Source of the DNA: a bacterium
Lineage (GTDB): Bacteria > JADJOY01
Direction of reading: 5' to 3'
Length of the DNA: 40,374 bases
Assembly (NCBI GenBank): GCA_046331705.1
Contig: JAXLQJ010000025.1
Coordinates: 62,001-102,374, forward strand
Part shown: piece after piece, positions 28,307 through 38,087 of the stretch
Numbering within the stretch: position 1 is the first letter of the stretch
Layout of the letters: each line of letters starts with the position of its first letter
The notes under the pieces: generated by a model
Database searches by the model: none
Told to the model about the DNA's origin: nothing
What the model saw: only the letters and a program-made list of their open reading frames with translations
Translations under genes and position numbers: made by a program

Positions 28307-29914
28307 ATGGCTCTCGCGGTTCGTGTGGCGCTCGTGCTGGTGGGCGCGCTGGCGATCGTGCTGGACAGCCGTCGCGCTGGCGGCTCGCGTCCTCGCCTCT
28401 CGGTGCTGTGGTTGCTGTCGTTGGCGCTCGGCGAAGCGGCGTTCGTGCTCGCCGTGTGGCTTCGTCATCGCACCTTCCCGCTTCATCTCGAGCTCATGGA
28501 AGGCGCGGTTCTCGAGCACGTCCAGCGTCTGCTGGCGGGCCAGCCGCTCTATCCGCCGCCCTCGGCTCGATTCGTGCCGTTCGCGTACAACCCGCTCTAC
28601 TACGTGCTCGCCGCGCCGCTGATCGGCGGTGTGGGGGGCGGGTTGCCCACGCTGCGGGCGCTTTCCATCGCCGGCGCGCTGGGGGCTGCGGTGCTCGTGG
28701 CGGCAATCGCCGCGCGCCGCGCACGCTCGTGGTTTCACGGCGTGATCGCCCTCGGTCTCTTCGCCGCCGCGTACGAGGCGATGGATGCCTACCTCGACAC
28801 CGCGCATGCCGATGCCTGGCTGATCCTGGCGATCCTCGCCGGAACCGCGCTGGTCGAGAAGGGGCTCGTCCTCGCTGCGCGCGAAGGTGCCTCGCACACA
28901 CGCGGACGTGCGTTGCGCGTCGCCGGCGTGGTGACGCTGGTCGCGGGCTTCTGGCTCAAGCAGCACGGAGCGCTCTTCGCGCTCGCGGCGCTGGCGTGCG
29001 TGGTGCTGCGGCTCGGTGCGCGCGCGGCGCTTCCGGAGCTGGTGGTCGCCGTGCTGCTGGGGCCGGTGGCCTACCTGCTCGCGGGGCCGCGCCTCTTCGG
29101 GCCGTGGATGCTCTTCTACACCTGGACGGTGCCGCGCTCGTGGTCCGTGCTCTCGCCGGCGATCTTCACCCGCGTCGCCGAGCACCTGGCGCGCGGGGTG
29201 CCGTTGCTCACGCTGGCGGCCGCCGGGGGATTCGCCGCCTGGACTCGGACGCTGCGCCACGGGTTGCGCGCGCTCGATCCCTGGCAGGTGCAGCTCGCGG
29301 CCGCGCTCGGCTCCGGTTTCATGGGCGCCCTCGACGCGGGCGGCAACGACAACGTGCTCATCCCGCTCACGACGTTCGCGATCGTGATGGGGGTGAGCGC
29401 GTTGCCGGACTGCGCCTCGCGGCTCGCCCCGCGATGGCCGCGCGCGGTGGAAGAGCTGGCGCTCGTGGCGAGCTTCGCGCTCTTGCTCTACGACCCGCGG
29501 CACGTGTGGACCGCCGCTGGTGCGCCGCGCGCCCACACCGAGCTGGTGGCGTTGGTCCGCGCTCTCGACGCCCCGGTGTTCGCGCCCGATCTCGGCCCCA
29601 GCGATGGCGTGTCGCGCTTCACGCCGCCGCTCACCTGGGTGGCGATCGAGGACTTGGTCCGTGGTGCGCGGGGGCCGGCCGCACCTCCGGGAATCGCCGA
29701 CGAGCTGCTCGCCGCGGTCGCGGCGCCCGCCGGCGAGGCGTACATCCTCACCAGCCAGCCGCTCGAGCGGCGCGTGACGTTGGCGCCGTTGCTCGCTCGG
29801 TACCGACTGGAGGCGGATTTCGGAGAGCGCTTCGCGAGCCTGCGCACCCAGCCGATGCGCTGGGGGCGGCTCTATCCGCGGTACCTCTATCGCTACTCGC
29901 CGCCGCCCGCCTGA
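28307..29914 (+). CDS. Polytopic GT-C-fold glycosyltransferase (ArnT/PMT-like)
   Basis: FPLHLELMEG...GQPLY..P......YNPLY first loop, AHAD and LKQ motifs, many TM helices. Confidence 0.7.
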   Translation: MALAVRVALVLVGALAIVLDSRRAGGSRPRLSVLWLLSLALGEAAFVLAVWLRHRTFPLHLELMEGAVLEHVQRLLAGQPLYPPPSARFVPFAYNPLYYVLAAPLIGGVGGGLPTLRALSIAGALGAAVLVAAIAARRARSWFHGVIALGLFAAAYEAMDAYLDTAHADAWLILAILAGTALVEKGLVLAAREGASHTRGRALRVAGVVTLVAGFWLKQHGALFALAALACVVLRLGARAALPELVVAVLLGPVAYLLAGPRLFGPWMLFYTWTVPRSWSVLSPAIFTRVAEHLARGVPLLTLAAAGGFAAWTRTLRHGLRALDPWQVQLAAALGSGFMGALDAGGNDNVLIPLTTFAIVMGVSALPDCASRLAPRWPRAVEELALVASFALLLYDPRHVWTAAGAPRAHTELVALVRALDAPVFAPDLGPSDGVSRFTPPLTWVAIEDLVRGARGPAAPPGIADELLAAVAAPAGEAYILTSQPLERRVTLAPLLARYRLEADFGERFASLRTQPMRWGRLYPRYLYRYSPPPA

Positions 29915-29939
29915 GCGCGCGCGGCGGCGCGGACGGCGC

Positions 29940-30941
29940 TCACGCGGAGCGCAACATGCCGGCCTCGCGGAACCACGCGTAGGTGTCGCGAATGGTGTCG
30001 GCGAGGGGGCGCGGCGCGTAGCCCAGCTCGGTGCGGGATTTCGTGAGGTCGGCGCGGGAGTCGCTGGCCAGCACGTCCAGGGACTCGTGGGTGTAGAGCG
30101 GGTGGGTGTTGGTGAGCCGCGCCCATGCCGTCAGGAAGGGCACCCCCACGTGCGCCAGCCAGAAGGGTACGACGAGCCCGGGAGGCGCCACGCCGGTCAC
30201 CTCCTGCGCGAGCTTGCCGATGGTGCGCACCTCGGCCCACTCGTTGCTCAGCAGGTAGCTCTCGCCGGTGCGTCCGCGGGCCTCGGCGGCGAGCATGCCG
30301 TCGACCACGTCGCGCACGTCCACGAAGTTGTAGCCGCCGGGGACCAGCGCCGGCAGCCGCCGGTGGTAGAGATCCAGCAGCACCTGTCCCATGCGCGAGG
30401 GGCGGAAGTCGAAGGGGCCGAGCACGCCGGCCGGATGGACGACGACCGCGTCGAGGCCGCGTGCGACCACCTCGCGGACGGCCACTTCGCCTGCTGCCTT
30501 GGAGCGGTCGTAGGCGGGCGGGATCGGGCCGGGACCCTGCGAGCGCGCGGATGCCTCGCTGAGCGGACCTTGGCGCGCGCAGTACTGGTCGAACGCGTGG
30601 ATCGACGAGGTGTGGACCAGGCGCCGCACGCCGCACGCGTGTGCCGCTTCGGCGACGTTGCGCGCGCCCTCGACGTTCACCTTCGGCACCAGCCCGCCCA
30701 TGTCGCCCTGGATCGAGATGATCGCCGCCAAGTGGAAGACCACGTCGGCGCCTTGGAAGGCGCTGCTGAGGCTCGCCGGATCGAGCACGTTGCCGGGGAC
30801 GCATTCGACGTCGAGGCCGTCGAGGCCGATCCGCGAGTCGTGGATCAGCGCCCGCACACGGCGGCCCTGAGCGAGAAGCGAGCGGACGAGATTGACGCCT
30901 AGGTGACCACTCGCGCCGGTGACGACCGTGAGCTTGGACAT
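29940..30941 (-). CDS. NAD-dependent epimerase/dehydratase (dihydroflavonol reductase/HpnA-like extended SDR)
   Basis: VTGASGHLG, VFHLAA, TSS, YDRSK and FVDVRDV motifs. Confidence 0.9.
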   Translation of the reverse strand: MSKLTVVTGASGHLGVNLVRSLLAQGRRVRALIHDSRIGLDGLDVECVPGNVLDPASLSSAFQGADVVFHLAAIISIQGDMGGLVPKVNVEGARNVAEAAHACGVRRLVHTSSIHAFDQYCARQGPLSEASARSQGPGPIPPAYDRSKAAGEVAVREVVARGLDAVVVHPAGVLGPFDFRPSRMGQVLLDLYHRRLPALVPGGYNFVDVRDVVDGMLAAEARGRTGESYLLSNEWAEVRTIGKLAQEVTGVAPPGLVVPFWLAHVGVPFLTAWARLTNTHPLYTHESLDVLASDSRADLTKSRTELGYAPRPLADTIRDTYAWFREAGMLRSA

Positions 30942-31129
30942 GGTTCTCCGCGGGTCCTCGAATCGTGGGGCGCGCATTCTCCCTCCGCCCACGCGCGTTG
31001 TCAGGTGCGCCGGCGCGCCCGTTGGCGCGACCCTCGGCCGCGAGCCGCCGGCGACGCGGGACCGACCTTGTTCCGCGTGGCGCGGTGCGCCAGCTTGCCT
31101 GCGTCCATGCCGTTCGCGTGGGGGCATCG

Positions 31130-32221
31130 ATGGATCGCATTCTCTTCACGGGCTTCCCCGGCTTCCTCGGCACCGAGCTCTTGCCCCGCGTGCTCGCGCG
31201 CGCGGCGGGGGTGGAGGCCGTGTGTTTGGTGCAGCCGAAATTCGTCGAGCTGGCCGAGCGCCGCGCCGGCGAGCTGACCGAGCTTCACCCGGATCTCGCG
31301 GGGCGGGTGCGAATCGTGCCGGGCGACATCGTCGCGCCGGATCTCGGGCTCGGCCCGGCCGCCGACGACCTGGCGCGGAGCCTGCGCGAGATCTTCCATC
31401 TCGCTGCGGTGTACGACCTCTCCGTGGGGCGAGAGCTCGCGATGCGAGTCAACGTCGACGGCACCCGTCACGTGCTGGCGCTGGCGCGGCGGTCGAAGCG
31501 CCTGAGCCGCTTCCAGTACGTGAGCACCTGCTACGTGAGCGGCCGACATGCGGGTCGATTCTCCGAGGACCAGCTCGACGTCGGCCAGACGTTCAACAAC
31601 TTCTACGAGGAGACGAAGTTTCTCGCCGAGGTCGAGGTGCAGCAGGCGATGCGCGAAGGGCTGCCCACGTCGATCTACCGGCCGGCGGTGGTCGTCGGCG
31701 ACAGCACCACCGGCGCCACGCAGAAGTACGACGGTCCCTATTTCATGATCCAGTGGCTCTTGCGTCAGCCCAAGATCGCGCTCGTGCCGGTGGTCGGCGA
31801 TCCCAAGCGGCACGAGTTCAACGTGGTGCCGCGCGATTTCGTCGTGGATGCGATCGCGGCGCTCTGCGCCCGCGCCGACACCGTGGGCGGCGTCTTCAAC
31901 CTCGCCGATCCCGCGCCGCTCACCGTCGACGAGATCATCGAGCTGGTCACCCGGGTGACCCGGCGGATCGCCTTGCGCGTCAAGCTGCCGCTCGGGCTCG
32001 TGAAGGGCGCGGTCGAGCGCGTGCCGCTGGTCGATCGGGTGGTGCGAGTGCCGAGCGCGGCCTTCGATTACTTCGTCCATCCGACGCGCTACGGCACCGC
32101 CACCACCCAAGCGGCGCTCGCCACCAGTGGCATTCGCTGCCCGCGCTTTCCCGAGTACGCCGAGCGTGCCGTCGCGTTCGTGCGCGCCCACCCCGAGGTG
32201 GGCCACCACGCGATGGTGTGA
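31130..32221 (+). CDS. Extended SDR of male-sterility/NAD_binding_4 type (fatty acyl-CoA reductase / thioester reductase-like)
   Basis: FTGFPGFLG, GDI..PDLGL, FHLAAVYD, VNVDGT, YVST.YVSG, YEETK, YRPAVVVGDS and VPRDFV motifs. Confidence 0.88.
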   Translation: MDRILFTGFPGFLGTELLPRVLARAAGVEAVCLVQPKFVELAERRAGELTELHPDLAGRVRIVPGDIVAPDLGLGPAADDLARSLREIFHLAAVYDLSVGRELAMRVNVDGTRHVLALARRSKRLSRFQYVSTCYVSGRHAGRFSEDQLDVGQTFNNFYEETKFLAEVEVQQAMREGLPTSIYRPAVVVGDSTTGATQKYDGPYFMIQWLLRQPKIALVPVVGDPKRHEFNVVPRDFVVDAIAALCARADTVGGVFNLADPAPLTVDEIIELVTRVTRRIALRVKLPLGLVKGAVERVPLVDRVVRVPSAAFDYFVHPTRYGTATTQAALATSGIRCPRFPEYAERAVAFVRAHPEVGHHAMV

Positions 32222-32224
32222 GCG

Positions 32225-33064
32225 TCAGAGCCGCTGCGTGAGCTTGCTGCCGCTGGTCAGGATGCGTTGGTACGCGGTGGGCAACGAGCGCTGCACGGCG
32301 TCGATCAGGTAGGCCTCGGGGCCGATCAGCACGCGGCGGGCGTTGCGTTCGATGCCCGTCAGGATCTTGCGCGCCGCCACCTCGGGAGGGATGCGCAGCA
32401 GCTTGTTCATCTGGCCGACGCTCGCTTCCTTGGAGGTGACGCCGGCGATCCCCTCCGTCTCGCCGAAGCGGGCGGCGTTGGCGATGTTCGTGCGGATGCC
32501 GCCGGGGTGGACGCAGGTCGCGCTCACGCCGCAATTCAAGAGGTCGAGCTCCTCGCGCAGCGCCTCGGTGAATCCGCGCACGGCGAACTTCGAGGCGTTG
32601 TAGGCGGATTGGGTGGGGATCCCCACCAGCCCGAACACGCTCGAGACGTTCACCACGTGGCCTTCTCCCGCTGCGCGCAGGTGCGGCAGGAAGGCTTTGG
32701 TGCCGTGAACCACGCCCCAGAAGTTGATGTTCATCAACCACTCGAGATCCGCGTACTCCATCTTCTCGACGCTGGCGCTGATCGCGACCCCGGCGTTGTT
32801 GATGATCACGTGCACCGCGCCGAAATCGCGGGCGGTCTTGTCTGCCCAGCGATGGACGTGGGCGCGATCGGCCACGTCGAGCTTGGTGGCCGTGGCCTCG
32901 GCGCCTGCGGCGCGGCAGCGCGCCGCGGTCTCGTCGACGTTCGCCTTGTGGATGTCCGAGAGCGCGAGCCGCGCGCCCTTGGCGGCGGCCAGCTCCGCCA
33001 ACGCCCGGCCGATGCCCGAGCCCGCTCCGGTGATGGCCACCACCTTGCCGTCGATCGACTTCAT
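32225..33064 (-). CDS. Classical short-chain dehydrogenase/reductase
   Basis: TGAGSGIG, NNAG, NVSS, YNASK and HPGGIRTNI motifs. GAGGGAGG RBS. Confidence 0.93.
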   Translation of the reverse strand: MKSIDGKVVAITGAGSGIGRALAELAAAKGARLALSDIHKANVDETAARCRAAGAEATATKLDVADRAHVHRWADKTARDFGAVHVIINNAGVAISASVEKMEYADLEWLMNINFWGVVHGTKAFLPHLRAAGEGHVVNVSSVFGLVGIPTQSAYNASKFAVRGFTEALREELDLLNCGVSATCVHPGGIRTNIANAARFGETEGIAGVTSKEASVGQMNKLLRIPPEVAARKILTGIERNARRVLIGPEAYLIDAVQRSLPTAYQRILTSGSKLTQRL

Positions 33065-33312
33065 CGTTCCTCCCTCGTCAGGTGGGACGCGTGCGTGCCA
33101 CCGCGGCACGGCGCTGCGGCACTGCGGTCCGCGTCCGTGTGCGAGACCCTATTCGTCGCCGGCCGCCGCGGGTAGAGCCAGCTGGGCCAACGGCTTGTCA
33201 TCGTGGGCCGCCACCGCCCCGCGAGGGGATTGCCGACGCGCCCGCGCCCACCCAAATTGCGGCACGTCGCGCGCAAGCTCCACGGGCGGTATCCGGCGGC
33301 ACTGGGGGTCCC

Positions 33313-34101
33313 ATGCGAAACCCGCTTGCGGCCATTCTCGCGTCGCTCTCGGACGAGCGAGAGCCGGACATGACGGCGCGGCTCTTTCGCGGGACCACCC
33401 TCGTGGCCACCGTCGTGCTGCTCGGGTTGCTGGTTCCGGTGAACGTCTTCGAGCGAGTTCCGCTCGCGGTGCATGCCGCCGCCATGGGCTTCGGCGTCTT
33501 CAACGTCGTGCTCTATCGCCGCGCCGTCGCCGGTCGATACCACTACGTCGCGTTCTTCGCCGGGCTGCTCGTCACGCTCGATGTCGCGTGGATCGGCAGC
33601 GGAGGCTCGGACGGCAGCGCCAACATGTGGCTGGTGACAGGCGTCATCACGGCGGTGCTCTTCTTCCAGGGCAATGCGTTGCGCGCCGCGTTGGCCGCAT
33701 TCTGCGCCAACGGCATGGCGCTCTACGGCCTGGAGCGCGTCGTGCCGGATGTCGTGATTCCGTTCCGGAGCCCCGAGGTGCGTCTTTACGACATGGTGAC
33801 GGGCTTCGTGCTCGCCAGCTCGACGGCCGCGACGCTCGTGTGGGTGGTGCTCAACGCGTATCGTCGCGAACGGCGCCGCCTCGCCGAGGCGGTGACCGAG
33901 CTCGAGCGACGCACCCAGGAAGTTCACACGCTGCGCGGCCTGCTGCCGATCTGCGCGTGGTGCAAGAAGGTCCGCACGGACAGCGGGCTCTGGACCGAGG
34001 CCGCGCGTTACCTCGAGAGCCATCCCGACGTGCGCATCACGCACGGGCTTTGCCCGAGCTGTCTCGAAGCGCAGCTCGCCGCCCCAGACGAGTACCGCTG
34101 A
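33313..34101 (+). CDS. Membrane protein with a coiled coil and C-terminal 'LLPICxxCKK...HGLCPxC' domain
   Basis: About 5-6 TM segments, then LRGLLPICAWCKKVR...W.....YL..H....THGLCPSC. Alternative start 33370. Confidence 0.8.
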   Translation: MRNPLAAILASLSDEREPDMTARLFRGTTLVATVVLLGLLVPVNVFERVPLAVHAAAMGFGVFNVVLYRRAVAGRYHYVAFFAGLLVTLDVAWIGSGGSDGSANMWLVTGVITAVLFFQGNALRAALAAFCANGMALYGLERVVPDVVIPFRSPEVRLYDMVTGFVLASSTAATLVWVVLNAYRRERRRLAEAVTELERRTQEVHTLRGLLPICAWCKKVRTDSGLWTEAARYLESHPDVRITHGLCPSCLEAQLAAPDEYR

Positions 34102-34235
34102 GATCGCCGCGCGGGCGATCCGGCGCGAGCGCCGCGCTCGGGTCGGAGTCGCGCCGATCGGCGCGGCGTTTGCACACGAAAACAGCGAAAAGCTCGGCTC
34201 GTTCGCCCATCCCGTTCTCGCGGAGGCGCATCCCC

Positions 34236-35549
34236 GTGAGCCGCTCGTCGATCGTTTCCCGAATCGCCCACGACGCCTGCATGCACGCCCCCCGGATCAT
34301 GCCGGAGGGACCGTGGTGGGATCACCTGGAGACCAACTTCTACGAGCGACCGGAAGGCTTCGAGCTCGGAATTCGCGACCTCGTCCGGGTGCGTGCCACG
34401 GCGGCGTTCGACGTGGGCGTGCGCACGGCGCTGGCCACGATCCTCGCGCCGCTCACGGTGCCGAGCGGCTACCACCCGGCGGCGCTCGCGGCGATGTTCG
34501 CCGATCGCAAGGTCTACGAGCCGCTTGCCGAGGGCGGCGACCCGTCCCGTTTCTTCGCGGCGCCGCCGCGAGGCGTCGAGGTCACGAGCTCGAAGCCGCG
34601 GGGAGTTTACTTCGAGCCGCGCGGCGGCCGCTGCCGCGACCTCTGCTTCGAGAGCGCGTACCTGCCGCGCAATCCGCGGATCCGCGCCGAGTACCTCGGC
34701 CACGAGGCCAACCGCTTCGCCCGCGGGCGGTACTGGAGCCACGACGGCATCCCCCGGCCGACGATCATCGCGATCCATGGCTTCGCGGGAGATCCCTACT
34801 GGCTCAACCAATGGCTGTTCGCGCTTCCTTGGTTCTATTCCATCGGTTGCGACGTCTTGCTGGTGACCCTGCCGTTCCACGGCGCGCGTCGAGCGCGCGG
34901 CTCGGTCCTGAGCGGGCAGGGCTTCTTCGCAGGAGGCATCTCGCGGGTGAACGAGGCCTTCGGCCAAGCCGTGATGGACGTTCGGACTTTCGTCGACTGG
35001 CTCGAGCACGAGCGTGGCGTCGCCCGGATCGGCGTCACCGGAATCAGCCTGGGCGGCTACACGGCCGCGCTGCTCGCGGCGATCGACGACAGGCTTCGTT
35101 TCTCGATCCCCAACGTGCCGCTCGTGAGCCTCGCCGATCTGGTCCTCGAGTGGGAGCCGCTCGGCGCGCTGATGCGCGCCGCGATGCTCGCCACCGGCAC
35201 CTCGATCAAGCGCATCCGCCGCGCGCTCGCCGTGCACAGTCCGCTCACCTATCCGCCGCTGCTCGACCGCGAGCGGCTCATGATCATCGGCGGTGTGGGC
35301 GACCGGCTCGCTCCCCCCAAGCATTCGCGGCTCTTGTGGGACCACTGGGGCCGGTGCCGCATCCACTGGTTTCCCGGTAGCCACAGCATCCATCTCGACA
35401 GGGGCGATTACCTGCGGCGCATGGGGCGCTTCCTGAACGAGATCGGATTCAACGCGGACCGGCGCCGCACGCGTGGCGCGGCGCGGCGCGAGACCCACGC
35501 GCGGCACGCCCGGCGCGGACCGGCCGAGAGGCTCGCCAAGGTCGTGTGA
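34236..35549 (+). CDS. Alpha/beta hydrolase (Rv2627c/DUF2048-like)
   Basis: 3' part of ORF 32724..35549, GTG with GGAGG RBS. IHGF, LPFHGARR, GISLGGY, GDRL and FPGSH motifs. Confidence 0.85.
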   Translation: MSRSSIVSRIAHDACMHAPRIMPEGPWWDHLETNFYERPEGFELGIRDLVRVRATAAFDVGVRTALATILAPLTVPSGYHPAALAAMFADRKVYEPLAEGGDPSRFFAAPPRGVEVTSSKPRGVYFEPRGGRCRDLCFESAYLPRNPRIRAEYLGHEANRFARGRYWSHDGIPRPTIIAIHGFAGDPYWLNQWLFALPWFYSIGCDVLLVTLPFHGARRARGSVLSGQGFFAGGISRVNEAFGQAVMDVRTFVDWLEHERGVARIGVTGISLGGYTAALLAAIDDRLRFSIPNVPLVSLADLVLEWEPLGALMRAAMLATGTSIKRIRRALAVHSPLTYPPLLDRERLMIIGGVGDRLAPPKHSRLLWDHWGRCRIHWFPGSHSIHLDRGDYLRRMGRFLNEIGFNADRRRTRGAARRETHARHARRGPAERLAKVV

Positions 35550-37102
35550 TGCACCCGGTGTCGAGCCTCGATGCGGCGATGCTCTACGCCGAGACGGCCG
35601 AGATGCCGCTGCACACGATGGGAGTGGTGCTGATCGACGCCCCTCCGAGGTGGCGCGGCTCTCCCCTCGAGGTGATGCGGCGAACGCTCCGAGAGCGCAT
35701 CCACCAGGTGACGCCGTTTCGCCGGCGGCTCGTGGAGGGGCCGCTCGGGCTCGGTGACCCGCACTGGATCGAGGACCCTCGATTCGATCTCGAGCGGCAC
35801 CTTCACGTGGCCGAGCTCCCGCCGCCGCGCGGCAGGAAGGAGCTCGCCGCCTTCGTCGGCGAGTACGCGGGACGCACGCTCGATCGCGGCAAGCCGCTGT
35901 GGGAGATGGTGCTGATTCCGAAGCTCGCGAGCGGGCAGGTGGCCGTGATCGCCAAGATCCATCACGCGGCGATGGACGGCGGCCGGCTGGTGGGCATGTT
36001 GCGTCAGCTCTTCGACGAGCAACCTCGCCGGCGTCGCGTGCCGCCCGCGATCGAGCCGTGGGTTCCCGACCCCGAGCCCTCGAAGGCGTGGCTCGCCGCC
36101 GACGCGGCGCGCGCGGTGGTCGTGCGCCCCTGGCACGCGGCGGAGGCGCTCGTCGAGGTGGCGGAGACGCTGGTCGCGCGGAGCCGGCACGGCCACCGGG
36201 ACGAGCCGAGCGCGAGCGACGCTCCGGTGGCGGAACCCACCGTGGGGCATCCAGCCAAGCTCTTCGAGGCCCCGCCCACGCCCTTCAACGGCGCCCTGAC
36301 GCCCCACCGATCGGTGGCGCTGGCGGACGTCGCGTTCCGCGATCTGGTTCAGGTGAAGGAGGCCTTCGACGGCACGATCAACGACGTGGTGCTGGCGGCG
36401 AGCACGGCGGCGCTGCGCTCGTGGTTGCTCGCGCACGGCGGACTTCCCGAGCGCCCGCTGGTCGCGAACGTGCCGGTCACCGTGCGCGGCAAAGGAGAGG
36501 CGGATGCCGGCAACCGCGTCTCCATGATCCTGGCGCACCTGCCGGTGAGGACCGCCGATCCGCTGGCGCGGTTGGCGGCCATCCACGCCGAGACCCAGCG
36601 CGCCAAGGAGCGCCACGGTGGCGGTGGCGCTGGCGGTGACGTGTTGCGGCAGTTCACGGACGTGGTCACCAACCTCACCGCACCGTGGCTGCTGACCCAC
36701 GTGGTGCAGCTCTATTCGGCGAGTCACCTCGCGAACTGGCTGCCGTTCTTCTGGAACCTGGTGATCTCGAACCTGCCGGGGCCGCCGGTACCGCTCTATT
36801 GCGAAGGTGGTCGGGTCCGGTGCGTCTATCCCCTCGGCCCCGTGCAGCAGGGCTCGGGGCTCAACCTGACGGTGATGAGCACCGCCGATCGGCTGTGCCT
36901 CGGAGCGCTGGCCTGCATGGAGATGGTGCCGGACGTCGAGGACATCGCGCGTGGCTTCGTCGACGAGGTGGCGGTGCTCCGCGAGCTCGCGAAGCCCCGC
37001 CGACGCGTACGCGCGCCGCGACGAGCGGCGCTCAGAGCTGGATCTCGGCCACGTCGCGAATCCCCGCGAGGTCGAGCTCGGGTCGGAAGCGCCACGCCAT
37101 GA
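35549..37102 (+). CDS. Wax ester synthase / diacylglycerol acyltransferase (WS/DGAT)
   Basis: LDAAMLYAET..MPLH, LDRGKPLWE, KIHHAAMDG (HHxxxDG), TINDVVLA, GNRVS, NLVISNLPGP and GLNLTV motifs. Its start overlaps the hydrolase stop (TGATG). Confidence 0.95.
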   Translation: MHPVSSLDAAMLYAETAEMPLHTMGVVLIDAPPRWRGSPLEVMRRTLRERIHQVTPFRRRLVEGPLGLGDPHWIEDPRFDLERHLHVAELPPPRGRKELAAFVGEYAGRTLDRGKPLWEMVLIPKLASGQVAVIAKIHHAAMDGGRLVGMLRQLFDEQPRRRRVPPAIEPWVPDPEPSKAWLAADAARAVVVRPWHAAEALVEVAETLVARSRHGHRDEPSASDAPVAEPTVGHPAKLFEAPPTPFNGALTPHRSVALADVAFRDLVQVKEAFDGTINDVVLAASTAALRSWLLAHGGLPERPLVANVPVTVRGKGEADAGNRVSMILAHLPVRTADPLARLAAIHAETQRAKERHGGGGAGGDVLRQFTDVVTNLTAPWLLTHVVQLYSASHLANWLPFFWNLVISNLPGPPVPLYCEGGRVRCVYPLGPVQQGSGLNLTVMSTADRLCLGALACMEMVPDVEDIARGFVDEVAVLRELAKPRRRVRAPRRAALRAGSRPRRESPRGRARVGSATP

Positions 37103-38087
37103 AGCTCACCTGCCGCGGATAGGGAAAGAAGCGCGACGCGTAGAGCGCTGCCGACGGGTAGTAGCCCTTGTTCCACTCGATCACGCCTGCGCAGCCTTGC
37201 GCGTGCGCGGCCCAGGCGAACGCCGCCAGGAACCGCCGCCGGTCGCCGAACGAGAGCGAGCCCCAGCACACGTGGTTGAGCCACGCCCATGGGACCGCTC
37301 GACGGCCCACGTGATCGACGACCACCCAGCCCAGGACACCTTCGAGGCGCCCCGCCGCTTCCCACACCAACGTGCGCGCGAGCGGCGGGGCGACGAGCTC
37401 GCGACGCACCTCGTCGGCATCGAAGAGTCGACCCAGCGTCACCCGGCGAGCCTGCGCGCTCAGCAGCCCGGCGATTCGCTCGGCGTCCGCCGGCGTGGCC
37501 TCGCGCACCTCGGCAGGCGCGACCCGCTCGGGCGGACGCGCCAATCCCGTGAGCCTGAGCGCCGCGATCTCGTGGCCGCCGAGCCGCTCGCTCTGGCGGA
37601 TGGCGGCGAGGTCGAGGACCCGCGCCACCACGTGCATCCGCTTCAGGCGATCGATGGGAACGCCTTGGGCTGCCAGCCCCGCGAAGAGCTTGCTCGAGCG
37701 ATGACCGGTCTCCAGGTAGAAGAGCGTGAAGTCGAAGCCGAAGCGGCGATTCCGCGCGAGCGCCTCCGCGATCATCGCCTTGGCGACGCCGCGTCGCAGG
37801 CTCTCGCGGTTCACCACCAACGAGCAGGAGAGCGCGGCGCGGTGCTCGACGCCGCGCAGCACCATGCGGCGCGGCAGATTGAGCAAGAAGCCCACCGGTC
37901 GGTCGCCGTGGTACGCGGCGATCGCGAGCTCGGGATCGCCCGCCAGCCGCAGCAGGTACGCGACGTAATCGGGGCGGTAGAGATTCGGGTAGGAATCCGC
38001 GCCGTACTCGTCGAGCCAGGCGGCTCGCGCCATGGCTTCGAGCGCCTCGGCGTCGCCGCGAAACGTCTCGATCGAGTACTCGCTCAC
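37032..38087 (-). CDS. Tandem GNAT-fold acyltransferase
   Basis: LVVNRESLRRGVAKAM acyl-CoA motif A; a second GNAT-like half begins VREATPADAERI. Confidence 0.7.
   Translation of the reverse strand: MSEYSIETFRGDAEALEAMARAAWLDEYGADSYPNLYRPDYVAYLLRLAGDPELAIAAYHGDRPVGFLLNLPRRMVLRGVEHRAALSCSLVVNRESLRRGVAKAMIAEALARNRRFGFDFTLFYLETGHRSSKLFAGLAAQGVPIDRLKRMHVVARVLDLAAIRQSERLGGHEIAALRLTGLARPPERVAPAEVREATPADAERIAGLLSAQARRVTLGRLFDADEVRRELVAPPLARTLVWEAAGRLEGVLGWVVVDHVGRRAVPWAWLNHVCWGSLSFGDRRRFLAAFAWAAHAQGCAGVIEWNKGYYPSAALYASRFFPYPRQVSFMAWRFRPELDLAGIRDVAEIQL

Noticed and set aside
29940..30941. Calling the epimerase hpnA (hopanoid locus)
   Set aside because: There is no squalene-hopene cyclase or other hpn gene in the window, and the family is broad.
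32724..35549. 941-aa ORF as a single giant protein
   Set aside because: The 5' part is antisense to the SDR and out of frame over the membrane protein. Only 34236-35549 has hydrolase motifs and an RBS.
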